Shown: positions 9,059 to 19,476, counted from the stretch's first letter. The stretch: 62,638 bases of DNA from Deferribacteraceae bacterium UBA1873 (GCA_002338145.1 DDHP01000079.1:22737-85374); one strand, 5' to 3'. A program made the numbers and translations. The notes: generated by a model not told the origin, from the letters alone.

Positions 9059-10018
9059 ATGTCGGTACAACCTTTGGAATTTGAACAGCCAATTGCTGAT
9101 TTGGAAAAAAAGATAGAAGAATTGAAAAACATGTCCTCACTGTCGGATCAGGATATGAAGGGGGAGCTGCGGGGGCTTGAAAAGAAGCTTGAAAGAGTTA
9201 AAGCCAATATTTATAACTCACTTACTCCAGCACAGAAGGTCATGGTAGCAAGACATCCAAACCGCCCTTATTTTCTGGATTATATAAGGATGCTCTTTAC
9301 CGATTTTGTCGAATTGCATGGCGACAGAAACTTCAGGGATGACCCTGCCATTATTGCTGGTATGGCTAAATTCGAGGGTGAGCCTGTTGTTGTTGTGGGG
9401 CACCAGAAGGGCAGAAATACTAAAGAGAATATTTACAGAAATTTTGGGATGGCACATCCCGAAGGTTACAGAAAGGCGTTGAGGATTTTTGAAATGGCTG
9501 AAAAATATCAGCGTCCTATTTTTACTTTTGTTGATACGCCGGGTGCTTATCCGGGAATAGGTGCTGAAGAAAGAGGGCAGGCTGAAGCTATAGCAAGAAA
9601 TCTTAGGGAAATGGCAGGATTAACTGTTCCTTTTATTACACTTATTACCGGTGAAGGTGGAAGTGGAGGTGCTCTTGGCATAGCTATGGGCAATCGCGTA
9701 ATTATGATGGAGCACTCCATATATGCCGTAATCAGCCCGGAGGGGTGTGCGTCAATATTGTGGAAAGATGCCAGTTATTCCGATAAAGCTGCAGAAGCTT
9801 TGAAACTCACAGCTCAGGATTTATATAAGCTTAAAGTTATAGACGAAATAGTTAAGGAGCCTCTTGGTGGGGCTCACAGGGATTATATAAAAACGGCGGA
9901 AAATGTCAAAGAGGCGCTAAAAAAACATTTGAACGATTTGAAGCAACTTTCACCTGAAAGGCTGTTTGAGTACAGGTGTGAAAAGTATATGTCAATGGGG
10001 GTCTTTGCTGAGCAGTAA
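9059..10018 (+). CDS. accA: Acetyl-CoA carboxylase carboxyltransferase alpha subunit
   Basis: LEFEQPI, ARHPNRP, ELHGDR, GHQKG, DTPGAYPG and GEGGSGGAL motifs. Confidence 0.97.
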   Translation: MSVQPLEFEQPIADLEKKIEELKNMSSLSDQDMKGELRGLEKKLERVKANIYNSLTPAQKVMVARHPNRPYFLDYIRMLFTDFVELHGDRNFRDDPAIIAGMAKFEGEPVVVVGHQKGRNTKENIYRNFGMAHPEGYRKALRIFEMAEKYQRPIFTFVDTPGAYPGIGAEERGQAEAIARNLREMAGLTVPFITLITGEGGSGGALGIAMGNRVIMMEHSIYAVISPEGCASILWKDASYSDKAAEALKLTAQDLYKLKVIDEIVKEPLGGAHRDYIKTAENVKEALKKHLNDLKQLSPERLFEYRCEKYMSMGVFAEQ

Positions 10019-11765
10019 TCGGGAAATTATACAGCTGCCGGTGGATGTGTCCAATAAAATTGCTGCCGGTGAAGTGATTGATCGCCCGTGCAATGTAATT
10101 AAAGAGCTTCTTGAAAACGCAGTTGATGCCGGTGCTGAAAATATTACCGTAGAAATTACAGATGGCGGTATCAGTCTGATAAAGGTAACAGATGATGGCA
10201 GGGGCATTTTGCCGGAAGATTTGCCGGTTACTGTTAGCCGGTTTGCTACCAGTAAAATAAACAGTATTGATGACATATACTGTCTTAATACATTCGGTTT
10301 TCGCGGAGAGGCACTGGCTGCTGTAAGCTCCGTTAGCGATTTCTGCATAAAATCCAAAAGAAAAGGTTATGATTGCTTTTCTCTCTCCGTTTATTTTGGT
10401 AATACTGGTGAGATTAAGCCAGCTGCAGGTCTCGACGGAACTGTTGTTACTGTCAAAAATCTTTTCGAAAACATTCCAGCCCGAAGGAAATTCTTAAAAA
10501 CACCTGCTGCTGAGCAACGTGAAATTGTCAAGTTTATAAAACAATTTTCCCTGGTTAACTACCATATTTGCCTCAAGCTCATTGTAAACGACAAAAAAAC
10601 ACTGGTTTTTTCCAAAGATGATGGGATGCTTTCAAGAGCTAAAAAGGTATTTAATGAAGAAAATCTATTATACCTTAACAATAAATATAATGATTTAAAT
10701 ATAGAAGCTGTCATTTCAACACCGGAAATCCAGAAACTCAGGAAAGATAACCTTGTTGTTGGTGTAAACGGCCGCGTTATTAGAGATAATATGCTTGTCC
10801 AGTGTATTGTAAAAGCATATAAAAGACTTCTTCCCGAAGGGAAATATCCGGTGGGTTGTGTAGTTCTTTATTTGGATTCCTCAGATTTGGACGTAAATGT
10901 TCATCCTGCAAAACTGTTTGTAAAATTTCTGAATTCAGGCGAAATATTCTCTTTTGTGTATGACAGTATTTCTTCTAAATTAGGGGAATTAACGGCTGCA
11001 CCTGAATATGATAACTCCGGATATGAAAGCTTAATCAATAATCAAGAAATTAGCTACAACCATATAGTACAAAAGAACAAAGAGCTTTATGATAAACCCG
11101 GCTATAGTCATGATAAGCTTAATAGTTCAAGTGTTTACGATCTTTTAAACAGCCAAACATACAGCGCATTTGAGGTTGAAAGTGATAGTGTGTATGACGA
11201 TGAATACGACTTCAGAGTGGTGGGTCAGCTTTTCAATACAGTTATCATTTGTGAGTTCGAAGATTTTTACTACTTGATTGACCAGCATATTGCACATGAA
11301 CGGATACTGTATGAAAAATATAAAAGTGAGTCTTTTGAAACGGAGATATCATCCATTAATTTAACAGAGCCTATTACCATAAATCTCAACAAAGATGAAT
11401 GTGAGCTACTGTTTTCAAATAAAGATATTTTAGTAGAATTTGGTTATGACATTGAAGATTTCGGTGGGACAAGTGTAAAAGTTAACAGAATACCTTCTGA
11501 AATTATTAATAAAGATATAAAACAGGAAATTGCAGATATTTTGCAGGAAATTGAATTTTTGACAAAAAGAGGAGTGAAGGATTCTACTCTTGTAGTTATG
11601 TCCTGCAAATCAGCGATTAAAGCTGGTGAAAGACTTAGTGCATATGAGATGAAACATCTTGTGCTGGAGTTGCTAAAAACCAAAAATCCCTTTACCTGTC
11701 CACACGGTAGACCTATTATCTTCAAACAAGCCAAAGAAGAGCTTTTCAGGAAGTTTCATCGATGA
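10005..11765 (+). CDS. mutL: DNA mismatch repair endonuclease MutL
   Basis: IAAGEVIDRP, KELLENAVDAGA, GFRGEAL, DVNVHP, endonuclease motif DQHIAHERILYE, CPHGRP. Start uncertain (TTG 10005 chosen). Confidence 0.95.
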   Translation: MLSSNREIIQLPVDVSNKIAAGEVIDRPCNVIKELLENAVDAGAENITVEITDGGISLIKVTDDGRGILPEDLPVTVSRFATSKINSIDDIYCLNTFGFRGEALAAVSSVSDFCIKSKRKGYDCFSLSVYFGNTGEIKPAAGLDGTVVTVKNLFENIPARRKFLKTPAAEQREIVKFIKQFSLVNYHICLKLIVNDKKTLVFSKDDGMLSRAKKVFNEENLLYLNNKYNDLNIEAVISTPEIQKLRKDNLVVGVNGRVIRDNMLVQCIVKAYKRLLPEGKYPVGCVVLYLDSSDLDVNVHPAKLFVKFLNSGEIFSFVYDSISSKLGELTAAPEYDNSGYESLINNQEISYNHIVQKNKELYDKPGYSHDKLNSSSVYDLLNSQTYSAFEVESDSVYDDEYDFRVVGQLFNTVIICEFEDFYYLIDQHIAHERILYEKYKSESFETEISSINLTEPITINLNKDECELLFSNKDILVEFGYDIEDFGGTSVKVNRIPSEIINKDIKQEIADILQEIEFLTKRGVKDSTLVVMSCKSAIKAGERLSAYEMKHLVLELLKTKNPFTCPHGRPIIFKQAKEELFRKFHR

Positions 11766-12709
11766 ACAGAGTACCCGTTATCACCGGAGTCACAGCTACC
11801 GGAAAAACGGATTTTGTAAAAAATCTGCATTTTTTGGCAGAACAGAGCAAATTAGCAAAAAAAATTGAAATAATTAATGCCGATGCCTTTCAGGTGTATA
11901 GGTATATGAATATAGGTACTGCCAAGCCCCCTGAAAATATTTTAAGAAAAATCCCCCATCATTTAATTGACATCTTATATCCTGATGAAGACTACTCTGC
12001 TGGCAAATTTTTCAAATTTGCTGAAAACATTATCTCTGATATTTACAAAAGAGGGAATCTCCCGATTGTCGTGGGTGGGACGGGGATGTATATTGAAATA
12101 TTAATCAAAGGTATTTTTGACGGTCCGGCCAAGAGTGAAGAGTTACGCTTTAAATATTCAGATATTATGGAAAAATACGGACTGGATAAGTTATATGAGA
12201 TGCTTAAAGCCAATGATCCTGAATATGCGTCTAAAGTATCCCCAAATGATAAAAACAGAATAATCCGGGCTTTAGAAGTTTGCGAATTAACCGGTATGAC
12301 TTTTAACCAATGCCATAGAAAATTTCACAGAAATCCTGCTTATAGATACGATGTTTATGTGTTTACCGGAGATAGAAAAAAAATTTATGAAAAAATTAAT
12401 AGCCGCGTGGATAAGATGTTTGATAACGGATGGATTGATGAAGTGAAAAGATTGCTGGATATGGGTTATAATCCGCACCTTGACTCTTTTGATGCTATTG
12501 GTTACAGACAGGTGGTTTCATTTTTAAAAGGTGAACGTACATACGAGGATATTGTTCGTGAGATAAAGAAAAAAACGCGAAATTTTGCAAAAAGACAGCT
12601 TACCTGGTTCAGGCATATGAAGGATATTAAATATATTAAATATATAGATGTGTTTGACAAAGATATTGTTACAGATTTACGCGAAAAACTTCTTTACAGA
12701 CTATCCTGA
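11762..12709 (+). CDS. miaA: tRNA dimethylallyltransferase
   Basis: GVTATGKT, DAFQVYRYMNIGTAKP, VGGTGMY and FAKRQLTWF motifs. Confidence 0.95.
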   Translation: MNRVPVITGVTATGKTDFVKNLHFLAEQSKLAKKIEIINADAFQVYRYMNIGTAKPPENILRKIPHHLIDILYPDEDYSAGKFFKFAENIISDIYKRGNLPIVVGGTGMYIEILIKGIFDGPAKSEELRFKYSDIMEKYGLDKLYEMLKANDPEYASKVSPNDKNRIIRALEVCELTGMTFNQCHRKFHRNPAYRYDVYVFTGDRKKIYEKINSRVDKMFDNGWIDEVKRLLDMGYNPHLDSFDAIGYRQVVSFLKGERTYEDIVREIKKKTRNFAKRQLTWFRHMKDIKYIKYIDVFDKDIVTDLREKLLYRLS

Positions 12710-12729
12710 CAATTCTCAACAATTGATAC

Positions 12730-12758
12730 TTGATATTTTCCGATTCTTGAGCTAAAAT
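12730..12758 (+). promoter_or_regulatory. Putative sigma70 promoter of hfq
   Basis: TTGATA-N17-TAAAAT about 100 nt upstream of hfq. Confidence 0.6.
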
Positions 12759-12855
12759 CGTTAAATTTATATGAAAATTATTATGAGTATTGTATTAATA
12801 CAGTTTTTAGTAGTTTCTTAATTTCAGGATATAACAATCTTAGCGAGGGGATATA

Positions 12856-13080
12856 ATGAGTAAAAAAGTGAATATCCAGGATGTTTTTCTTAATTATGTA
12901 AGAAAAAAGAGAATTGCTGTTTCCGTTTATTTAGTCAATGGTGTAAAGTTGGAAGGTGTTATTAAGGGTTTTGATAACTTTGTTATCATACTCAAAGATG
13001 ATGCCCAGAAGATGATTTATAAACATGCTGTTTCAACAATTACGCCTACTATCGAAATCGATGATTTAGAAGTAGAATAA
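12856..13080 (+). CDS. hfq: RNA chaperone Hfq
   Basis: [24 protein letters not shown] and [10 protein letters not shown] Sm motifs; follows miaA. Confidence 0.96.
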   Translation: MSKKVNIQDVFLNYVRKKRIAVSVYLVNGVKLEGVIKGFDNFVIILKDDAQKMIYKHAVSTITPTIEIDDLEVE

Positions 13081-13090
13081 TAAAGCGGAT

Positions 13091-13615
13091 TTGTTTATGG
13101 TTTATGGCGGCGGTTTACGCAAACCGCTGAAAGTAGAGTTGTATAATGCTATATTATACAATACATCTTATATTAATGATCCTGATGCTTTATTAAAACC
13201 CCTGTTCGGACCACCTGTAGTCAAATCGGAGGTTTTTTCTTTTTCGCATACTCAATATTATGTAAATGAGATGGGAAGCAGTCTGCAAAAATATTTTGCT
13301 GGCTATTCTTTTCAAATATATCCGGACGATATTTTAAGGCATAAACTTGTAACTGTTGATTTGGAGAGATCCTTTATGGTGGAAGGCAAAAGGGTTCTTA
13401 ATGTTGATCCCGGTTATGTTGCCCTGGAAAAAGTAGTCGCCGCAAGCACTAAGAACTTTTCACATAGAATATATCTCGGTTCCAATATATATGCTGATTT
13501 GCAACTGTATCGCAAAAAAGGACGTTTCAGAAGTCTTCCGTGGACATTTTTTGACTACAAACAGGAATTTGTCTTGGATTTTTTTGACGAATTGAGAAAT
13601 AATTTGTTATATTAA
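13091..13615 (+). CDS. DUF4416-family protein
   Basis: FSHTQYYVNEMG, RVLNVDPGY, ASTKNFSHRIYL and LPWTFFDY resemble DUF4416 (recognised from memory). Confidence 0.7.
   Translation: MFMVYGGGLRKPLKVELYNAILYNTSYINDPDALLKPLFGPPVVKSEVFSFSHTQYYVNEMGSSLQKYFAGYSFQIYPDDILRHKLVTVDLERSFMVEGKRVLNVDPGYVALEKVVAASTKNFSHRIYLGSNIYADLQLYRKKGRFRSLPWTFFDYKQEFVLDFFDELRNNLLY
13584..13613 (+). promoter_or_regulatory. Putative promoter for the GGDEF-led operon
   Basis: TTGACG-N18-TATATT with TG extended -10, inside the 3' end of the DUF4416 gene. Confidence 0.4.
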
Positions 13616-13679
13616 TTTCAAACAAATAATGTTATTATTAAAAATTAATATTTTACAATATTAATCGTGCAGGTGGTTT

Positions 13680-14897
13680 GTGAAAGATTTTGAAAAATTT
13701 GTGGATTTGTTATCAGAAATTCTTATAAAAGCTCTCAAGGAACTTGAAAAAAATAATAAACCCTTGGATAAAAACACATTAAAGAATTGTCTTCAGGACA
13801 ATGAAAGTGTTATAAACTTGTTATCTGTAGAGGAATACAAAAAATGCAATGAGCACCTGAAATCATATATACTTGATAAAATTAAACATTTGAAAAATTT
13901 TCAAAAAAATGAAGAGCTGGATAAAATTGAGAAAGAGCTTATCCAGGCCAGCGAACATTGCGAAATAGTTGACAAAGCTATAGATTTTATAAGCGTTAAT
14001 ATTGCAGATTATGAAACAGTATCTTTTCTGTTTTCGAAAATCAAGTTAATACTGGAAAAAGTTATCGACCGTATAACCCATATTTCACATCATTTTTTTG
14101 ATTTACTGGATGAAAGTATTGATCTTATGACTTTTGATACTTCTGTGGACAAAACAATTCTTGCTGAACTTAACAATATAGCATCTCTTACCGATAACAA
14201 AGATGAAATAGACAATATTTTACAAAAAATCACCGGAGATTTGGATAACCTTATAGGCAAAATAGAAGAAAAACTGCATAAGAAAGATATAACCCTTGAA
14301 AAAATCCGGATGGACAAAAGTAACCTTGATAGTGAGTTTGATGAATATAAAAATCATGCAAATGAGCTTGATAAGCTAAAAGCAGAGTTGAATAAATTCA
14401 AAGCGGAAACAATTACTGATTTTCTAACCGGCCTTTATAACAAAAAATATCTTGATAACAAACTGGGAGAATATTTTGACTTACATAAAAGATATGGTAA
14501 AATTTTCTCTGTTATTTTCCTGGATATAGATGACTTTAAATATATTAATGATACATACGGTCACCTTGTGGGCGATTATGTCCTGAAATATTTTTCGGAC
14601 ATTATTAAGAAAAACTTGAGAAATGTTGACTATGCTTTTCGTTTCGGCGGAGAAGAGTTTGTTATTTTACTGCCGGAAACCAGCAAAAGTGAAGCATACC
14701 ATGTTGCTGAGCGTATAAGGCAGAATGTAAGCAAAACAACTTTCAAATACCGACACTATAAAATAAAAATAACTGTAAGCATGGGCGTGGCAGAGGTTGA
14801 CAGTTACGAACAAAATCCTGAGAATATATTAGATAGTGTGGATAAAAAACTCATAAAAGCAAAACAAACTGGTAAGAACAGGATTGTTAGTGACTGA
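13680..14897 (+). CDS. Diguanylate cyclase (coiled-coil N-terminus plus GGDEF domain)
   Basis: DFLTGLYN, DIDDFKYINDTYGHLVGD, I-site RNVD and active site GGEEF; no transmembrane segment. Confidence 0.92.
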   Translation: MKDFEKFVDLLSEILIKALKELEKNNKPLDKNTLKNCLQDNESVINLLSVEEYKKCNEHLKSYILDKIKHLKNFQKNEELDKIEKELIQASEHCEIVDKAIDFISVNIADYETVSFLFSKIKLILEKVIDRITHISHHFFDLLDESIDLMTFDTSVDKTILAELNNIASLTDNKDEIDNILQKITGDLDNLIGKIEEKLHKKDITLEKIRMDKSNLDSEFDEYKNHANELDKLKAELNKFKAETITDFLTGLYNKKYLDNKLGEYFDLHKRYGKIFSVIFLDIDDFKYINDTYGHLVGDYVLKYFSDIIKKNLRNVDYAFRFGGEEFVILLPETSKSEAYHVAERIRQNVSKTTFKYRHYKIKITVSMGVAEVDSYEQNPENILDSVDKKLIKAKQTGKNRIVSD

Positions 14898-16038
14898 TAA
14901 CGTTTTTTATTTGCTGCAGGAATATCAAAACAAAACAGAGCTTGAAAAAGAAGAGGTCAGAAGGCTTAAAAGCTTTTTGACACTTGATGAGGATTTGTCT
15001 GGATATCTGGATTTATATAAAAAACATAATATTCTGAACAATATCACAGCGGATTTGTATGCAAAGAGAGCAACTGAGAATCAGGTTAAATCCATACTGG
15101 AAGGTTATATCCCTGTAAACTACGAAGATTATCCGTTGATAGTGTTCCTGGTTTTGAAAAACTACAAGTCTCTTGTCAAAGAATTATATCTTTTTCTTAA
15201 AAGATTTAAAGAAGATTTATTCAAAAAAATAGTTTTAAGCCCTTATTTTCAAGGGAAGTATCTAACCTATCTTATAAAAATCATGAAAAACAATGTTTTT
15301 TTTGTATCTGCTCTAATAGCTGCCAGGGATGTTGAACCGGAGATGCTGGGGATATTAGTGGCTTCTTCAGATTCGGAGGTTTTGTTCAGGGTCTCCAATT
15401 TAAAACATATACTTGCAAAGGATATATCATTGATCAGGCAGATGCTTTCAAATCCATATACTCCTGATGATGCGGTTGTATTGTTAAAACAGTTGCTTTT
15501 TGAAATTAATCTGGCTTGTGAAGCTGAAAAAAGAAAATCTGAAAGTAATAATCCTGAGGAAGTAAAGGAAAATGTTAAAAAAGAGGTAGCAGAAAAAACT
15601 GAAACAGAAGCTAAGGAGCTGGAAGATAATCTTTATCAAAAGGTTCTGACTATGAAACCTGTTGAGAAAATTAAGCTTGCATTAAAAGGTAATAAATCTG
15701 CCAGATCTCTTTTAATTAAAGATCCCAATAAACAAATATCATTATCTGTTTTGAAAAATCCCAGAATTACCGAAGAGGAGATTGAAACCCTGGTGAAAAA
15801 TAAAGCTACTCCCGAACACCTTATAAGGGAAATAACCAGAAACAGAAATTTCATGAAAGACTATAATATATTAAGAAGCATTTTAATGCATCCCAAAACT
15901 CCTCTGGAAATAAGCATGAAATATGTTAATAATTTATACATCAGAGATATTGAAATACTTTCAAAATCCAGGGAAATCCCAGCAGCATTAAAAAATCAGG
16001 CAACAAGACTTTATTTGACCAAGAGTGGTAAAAAATGA
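14884..16038 (+). CDS. Conserved hypothetical alpha-helical repeat protein (LRV-like NPxTP repeats)
   Basis: 384 aa; repeated NPYTP/NPRIT/HPKTP motifs and EKIKLALKGNKSARSLLIKDPN; coupled to both neighbours. Confidence 0.65.
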   Translation: MLVTDNVFYLLQEYQNKTELEKEEVRRLKSFLTLDEDLSGYLDLYKKHNILNNITADLYAKRATENQVKSILEGYIPVNYEDYPLIVFLVLKNYKSLVKELYLFLKRFKEDLFKKIVLSPYFQGKYLTYLIKIMKNNVFFVSALIAARDVEPEMLGILVASSDSEVLFRVSNLKHILAKDISLIRQMLSNPYTPDDAVVLLKQLLFEINLACEAEKRKSESNNPEEVKENVKKEVAEKTETEAKELEDNLYQKVLTMKPVEKIKLALKGNKSARSLLIKDPNKQISLSVLKNPRITEEEIETLVKNKATPEHLIREITRNRNFMKDYNILRSILMHPKTPLEISMKYVNNLYIRDIEILSKSREIPAALKNQATRLYLTKSGKK

Positions 16039-16355
16039 AATCCAATATATTGTATTTTGCTTTGGTCTTAGCATTAATCCTGTACCTGATTTTTGGCAAC
16101 AGAGGGCTTATAGAATACAACAATCTACTGGATATAAGAAAAAAATATGCTGAAAAGGTTGATAATCTCAGCAAAAGGATTGATGAGCTTGAGCATGAGC
16201 TTTATCTGCTACAAAAAGACAAAGAATTTTTGGAAACAGTTATTCGCGAAGATCTTAATCTGAAAAAACCTGATGAAGATTTATATATTTTAAGGGATGG
16301 TAATGAAGAAATATACAGTAACCGAGATAACAAAAGCAGTAAAGAATCTGATTGA
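16035..16355 (+). CDS. ftsB: Septum formation initiator (FtsB/DivIC family)
   Basis: One N-terminal TM, FGNRGL, coiled coil, ETVIREDLNLKKPDE. Confidence 0.8.
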   Translation: MKSNILYFALVLALILYLIFGNRGLIEYNNLLDIRKKYAEKVDNLSKRIDELEHELYLLQKDKEFLETVIREDLNLKKPDEDLYILRDGNEEIYSNRDNKSSKESD

Positions 16356-17652
16356 AAATGCTTTTAACACTCCTGTTATAGTCACAGGAGAAGTATCTAA
16401 CTTGTCCAAATCTCCAACAGGACATTACTATTTTATTTTAAAGGATGATTCCTCACAAATCAAATCTGTCTTTTTCAAACGTTACAACCTGGCTAACAGG
16501 GAGTACTCGATTCAAAACGGTGACAAGGTCTCTGTTCATGGTGATATTTCTGTATATGAAGCTGGCGGGGTATACCAGATAATTGTGAAGAAAATAGAGT
16601 ACGATTCAGAGGGTGAGTTTTATAAGAAATTTGCTGAGACCAGGAAAAAGTTAGAGCGGGAAGGGCTGCTTGATGAAAATCTTAAAAGAAGTGTCCCCAC
16701 ATTTGTTAAGAGAATAGCTGTTATTACATCCCCCACCGGTGCGGCTATAAAGGACTTTGTTAGCACAGCAAGAAAAAATACTGCTAAATTTTGTATAGAC
16801 TTATGGCCTGTTATGGTACAGGGGAATTCCGCTTCAGCTGATATAGTGAAAAATATTTTACAGGCCGGTAAAAGAACTGATCTATATGATACGCTGGTTT
16901 TGATGAGAGGAGGGGGATCCCTGGAAGATTTGGCTGTTTTTAATGAGGAAAATGTTGCACGGGCTTTGCGTGCTGTTGATGTGCCTACAATCTCAGCTAT
17001 CGGACATCAGAGGGATACAACCATATGTGATTATACCGCTGATATGACTGTGGCTACCCCAACAGCTGCGGCTGTATATCTTTCTGAGGGGCATCTTTAC
17101 TATGATAAAAAACTGAATGATTTGCAAAAAAGACTGGAAAAAGACATGTCTTATACTTTAAACACTTTTATGCAAAAATTGGATAATTACCTTATATCGA
17201 TGAATAAAAACTCGCCGCATGCAAAACTGAAACTATATAAGAGTGAAGTTGCCCGATTGTTAGATAAAATTAACGGAGATATGAAAAGAAAGCTTACCGA
17301 TAACAGCAGCCGTTTGAATATGCTTAAAGCACCATTTAAACCTGCCAACATTATTAACAGAGTAAGTCAAAGCAAAGAAAAACTGGATTACCTTGAAAAT
17401 TACCTGTTGAGAAGTATAAAAAATAAAATAAATTATGAAGATGGGAAATTAAGAGAATTGACGGGCAAGCTTGAAGCCATGAGTCCCAACAGGATAGTTT
17501 CCCGTGGTTATGCAGTAGTTTACGCAAACGGCAAACTGGCACCGTCGATAGATTTCGTAAAACTGGACGATGAGGTTGAAATTCATATGAAAGGTGGTTA
17601 TATTAACGCTTTTGTTACAGGAAAAAAACATACGGAGGGTTGTAATGGATAG
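16303..17652 (+). CDS. xseA: Exodeoxyribonuclease VII large subunit
   Basis: GEVSN, GHYYFILKD, ITSPTGAAIKD, RGGGSLEDL, SAIGH, TPTAAA and RGYAVV motifs. Confidence 0.95.
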   Translation: MKKYTVTEITKAVKNLIENAFNTPVIVTGEVSNLSKSPTGHYYFILKDDSSQIKSVFFKRYNLANREYSIQNGDKVSVHGDISVYEAGGVYQIIVKKIEYDSEGEFYKKFAETRKKLEREGLLDENLKRSVPTFVKRIAVITSPTGAAIKDFVSTARKNTAKFCIDLWPVMVQGNSASADIVKNILQAGKRTDLYDTLVLMRGGGSLEDLAVFNEENVARALRAVDVPTISAIGHQRDTTICDYTADMTVATPTAAAVYLSEGHLYYDKKLNDLQKRLEKDMSYTLNTFMQKLDNYLISMNKNSPHAKLKLYKSEVARLLDKINGDMKRKLTDNSSRLNMLKAPFKPANIINRVSQSKEKLDYLENYLLRSIKNKINYEDGKLRELTGKLEAMSPNRIVSRGYAVVYANGKLAPSIDFVKLDDEVEIHMKGGYINAFVTGKKHTEGCNG

Positions 17653-18118
17653 AATACCGATTACAAAGGAAGGTTTTCAAAAGATAAAAGAAGAGCTTGA
17701 GAAACTTAAAACCAGAGACAGAAAAGATGTAGTGGAGGCTATAAAAGAAGCCAGATCCCATGGAGATTTAAGTGAAAATGCAGAATATGATGCTGCAAAG
17801 GAACGTCAGGGGATGCTTGAAGCTAAAATTAATGAGCTTGAATCCAAAATGTCCAAATTTGATGTTATCGACACCAGTACATTAAAAAGTAATAAAGTGG
17901 TTTTCGGTGCGACGGTTAAAATTGAAAATGTTGACACCGATGAGGTTAAAACTTATAGAATAGTAGGTCCTGATGAATCCGATATTTCAAAGGGAGATAT
18001 TTCTGTGCTTTCCCCATTGGCAAGAGCACTTGTAGGTAAAAAAGTTGGAGAAGAAGCAGTTGTTAACGCACCTGGCGGAGAGACAGAGTATGAAATAATA
18101 GAAATCACTTTCGAGTAA
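17645..18118 (+). CDS. greA: Transcription elongation factor GreA
   Basis: PITKEG, ARSHGDLSENAEYDAAKE and ISVLSPLARAL motifs; GGAGG RBS upstream of ATG 17645. Confidence 0.96.
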   Translation: MDRIPITKEGFQKIKEELEKLKTRDRKDVVEAIKEARSHGDLSENAEYDAAKERQGMLEAKINELESKMSKFDVIDTSTLKSNKVVFGATVKIENVDTDEVKTYRIVGPDESDISKGDISVLSPLARALVGKKVGEEAVVNAPGGETEYEIIEITFE

Positions 18119-18126
18119 TGGTGCCG

Positions 18127-19476
18127 ATGGCCGGGTATAATATACTTATTATTGATGATGAAAAATCTTTCCGGGAATTGCTTGAAATTCTTTTTGCTGA
18201 TGAAGGTTACAATGTTTTTACGGCATCCGATATTCCCAGCTCCTGTGAAATTATAAAAAATAAGAAAATTGACATTGCTGTTTGTGATTTGGTTTTAGGG
18301 AATGAAGATGGTATGGACATTGTGAAATGGTGTAAACAACATAATCACAATATTCCCTTTATACTTATGACAGCATATGCAAGCAGTTCCACTGCACTGG
18401 AATCTGTGAAACTTGGCGTAGTGGATTATGTAACAAAACCTTTTGATATGGATAACCTTGCCAATATGGTTAGTGATGTTATATCCTCCCGTGAGGAAAA
18501 TGATGACGGGTGTTGCCCGGAGCTGGATGAAATAAAAGGGAAAAGTGATGTAATTAATAAAATAAAAAAATACATTATTGATGTGGCAAAAACAGATTCC
18601 ACTGTGCTCATTACCGGAGAGTCCGGAACAGGCAAAGAATTGGTAGCCAGAGCCATTCACCGTTTGAGCGGAAGATCTTCCAGGGCTTTTAAAGCTATAA
18701 ACTGCAGTGCTATCCCTTACGATTTACTTGAATCCGAGTTATTTGGATATAAAAAAGGTGCTTTTACCGGAGCCAGCTATGATAAAAAAGGAATTTTTGA
18801 ACTTGCTGACGGAGGCTCCATTTTTTTGGATGAAATTGGCGATATGCCGCTTTTTCTTCAATCGAAACTGCTGCGTGTAATCCAAGATAAAATAGTGCAG
18901 CCATTAGGAGCAGGTAAAGAAATCAAAACAGATTTCCGCTTGATAACGGCAACCAATAAAAATCTTGAAGATCAGACTAAACAGGGAAATTTTCGGAGTG
19001 ACCTTTATTACCGCCTTAATGTTGTTAACATACACATACCTCCTTTAAGAGAAAGACGTGGCGACATTGAAGAGCTAACCAGGCATTTTCTAAAAAAGTA
19101 CAGTATTTTAATGGATAAAAACATATCCCAGATTTCTTTTGCGGTAAATGAAGCATTAAAAAATTATCCCTTCAAAGGTAATGTGAGAGAGCTTGAAAAC
19201 CTTATTGAAAGGGCTGTTGCAATGGAAAAAACAAACAAGTTGCTTCCTTCAAGTTTTCCCAGATATTTTTTTGAATTGGAGGACAATTACGGAGAACAGG
19301 ATGATTTCATTTTAGAAAATCCTGTGGATTTGGATAAAATTGTGGAAAAAATTGAAAAAAAATATATACTGGCTGCATTAAAAAAAACTAATGGCAATCA
19401 AAGCAAAGCTGCAGAGTTGCTGAATTTATCGGGTAGAGCCTTTAGATATAAGATGGGGAAATATAATGTCAAATGA
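18127..19476 (+). CDS. Sigma54-dependent response regulator (NtrC family, PilR-like)
   Basis: Receiver domain (IIDDE, CD, TAY, KPF), GESGTGKE, GAFTGA, FLDEIG, Fis HTH ending RAFRYKMGKY. Confidence 0.88.
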   Translation: MAGYNILIIDDEKSFRELLEILFADEGYNVFTASDIPSSCEIIKNKKIDIAVCDLVLGNEDGMDIVKWCKQHNHNIPFILMTAYASSSTALESVKLGVVDYVTKPFDMDNLANMVSDVISSREENDDGCCPELDEIKGKSDVINKIKKYIIDVAKTDSTVLITGESGTGKELVARAIHRLSGRSSRAFKAINCSAIPYDLLESELFGYKKGAFTGASYDKKGIFELADGGSIFLDEIGDMPLFLQSKLLRVIQDKIVQPLGAGKEIKTDFRLITATNKNLEDQTKQGNFRSDLYYRLNVVNIHIPPLRERRGDIEELTRHFLKKYSILMDKNISQISFAVNEALKNYPFKGNVRELENLIERAVAMEKTNKLLPSSFPRYFFELEDNYGEQDDFILENPVDLDKIVEKIEKKYILAALKKTNGNQSKAAELLNLSGRAFRYKMGKYNVK

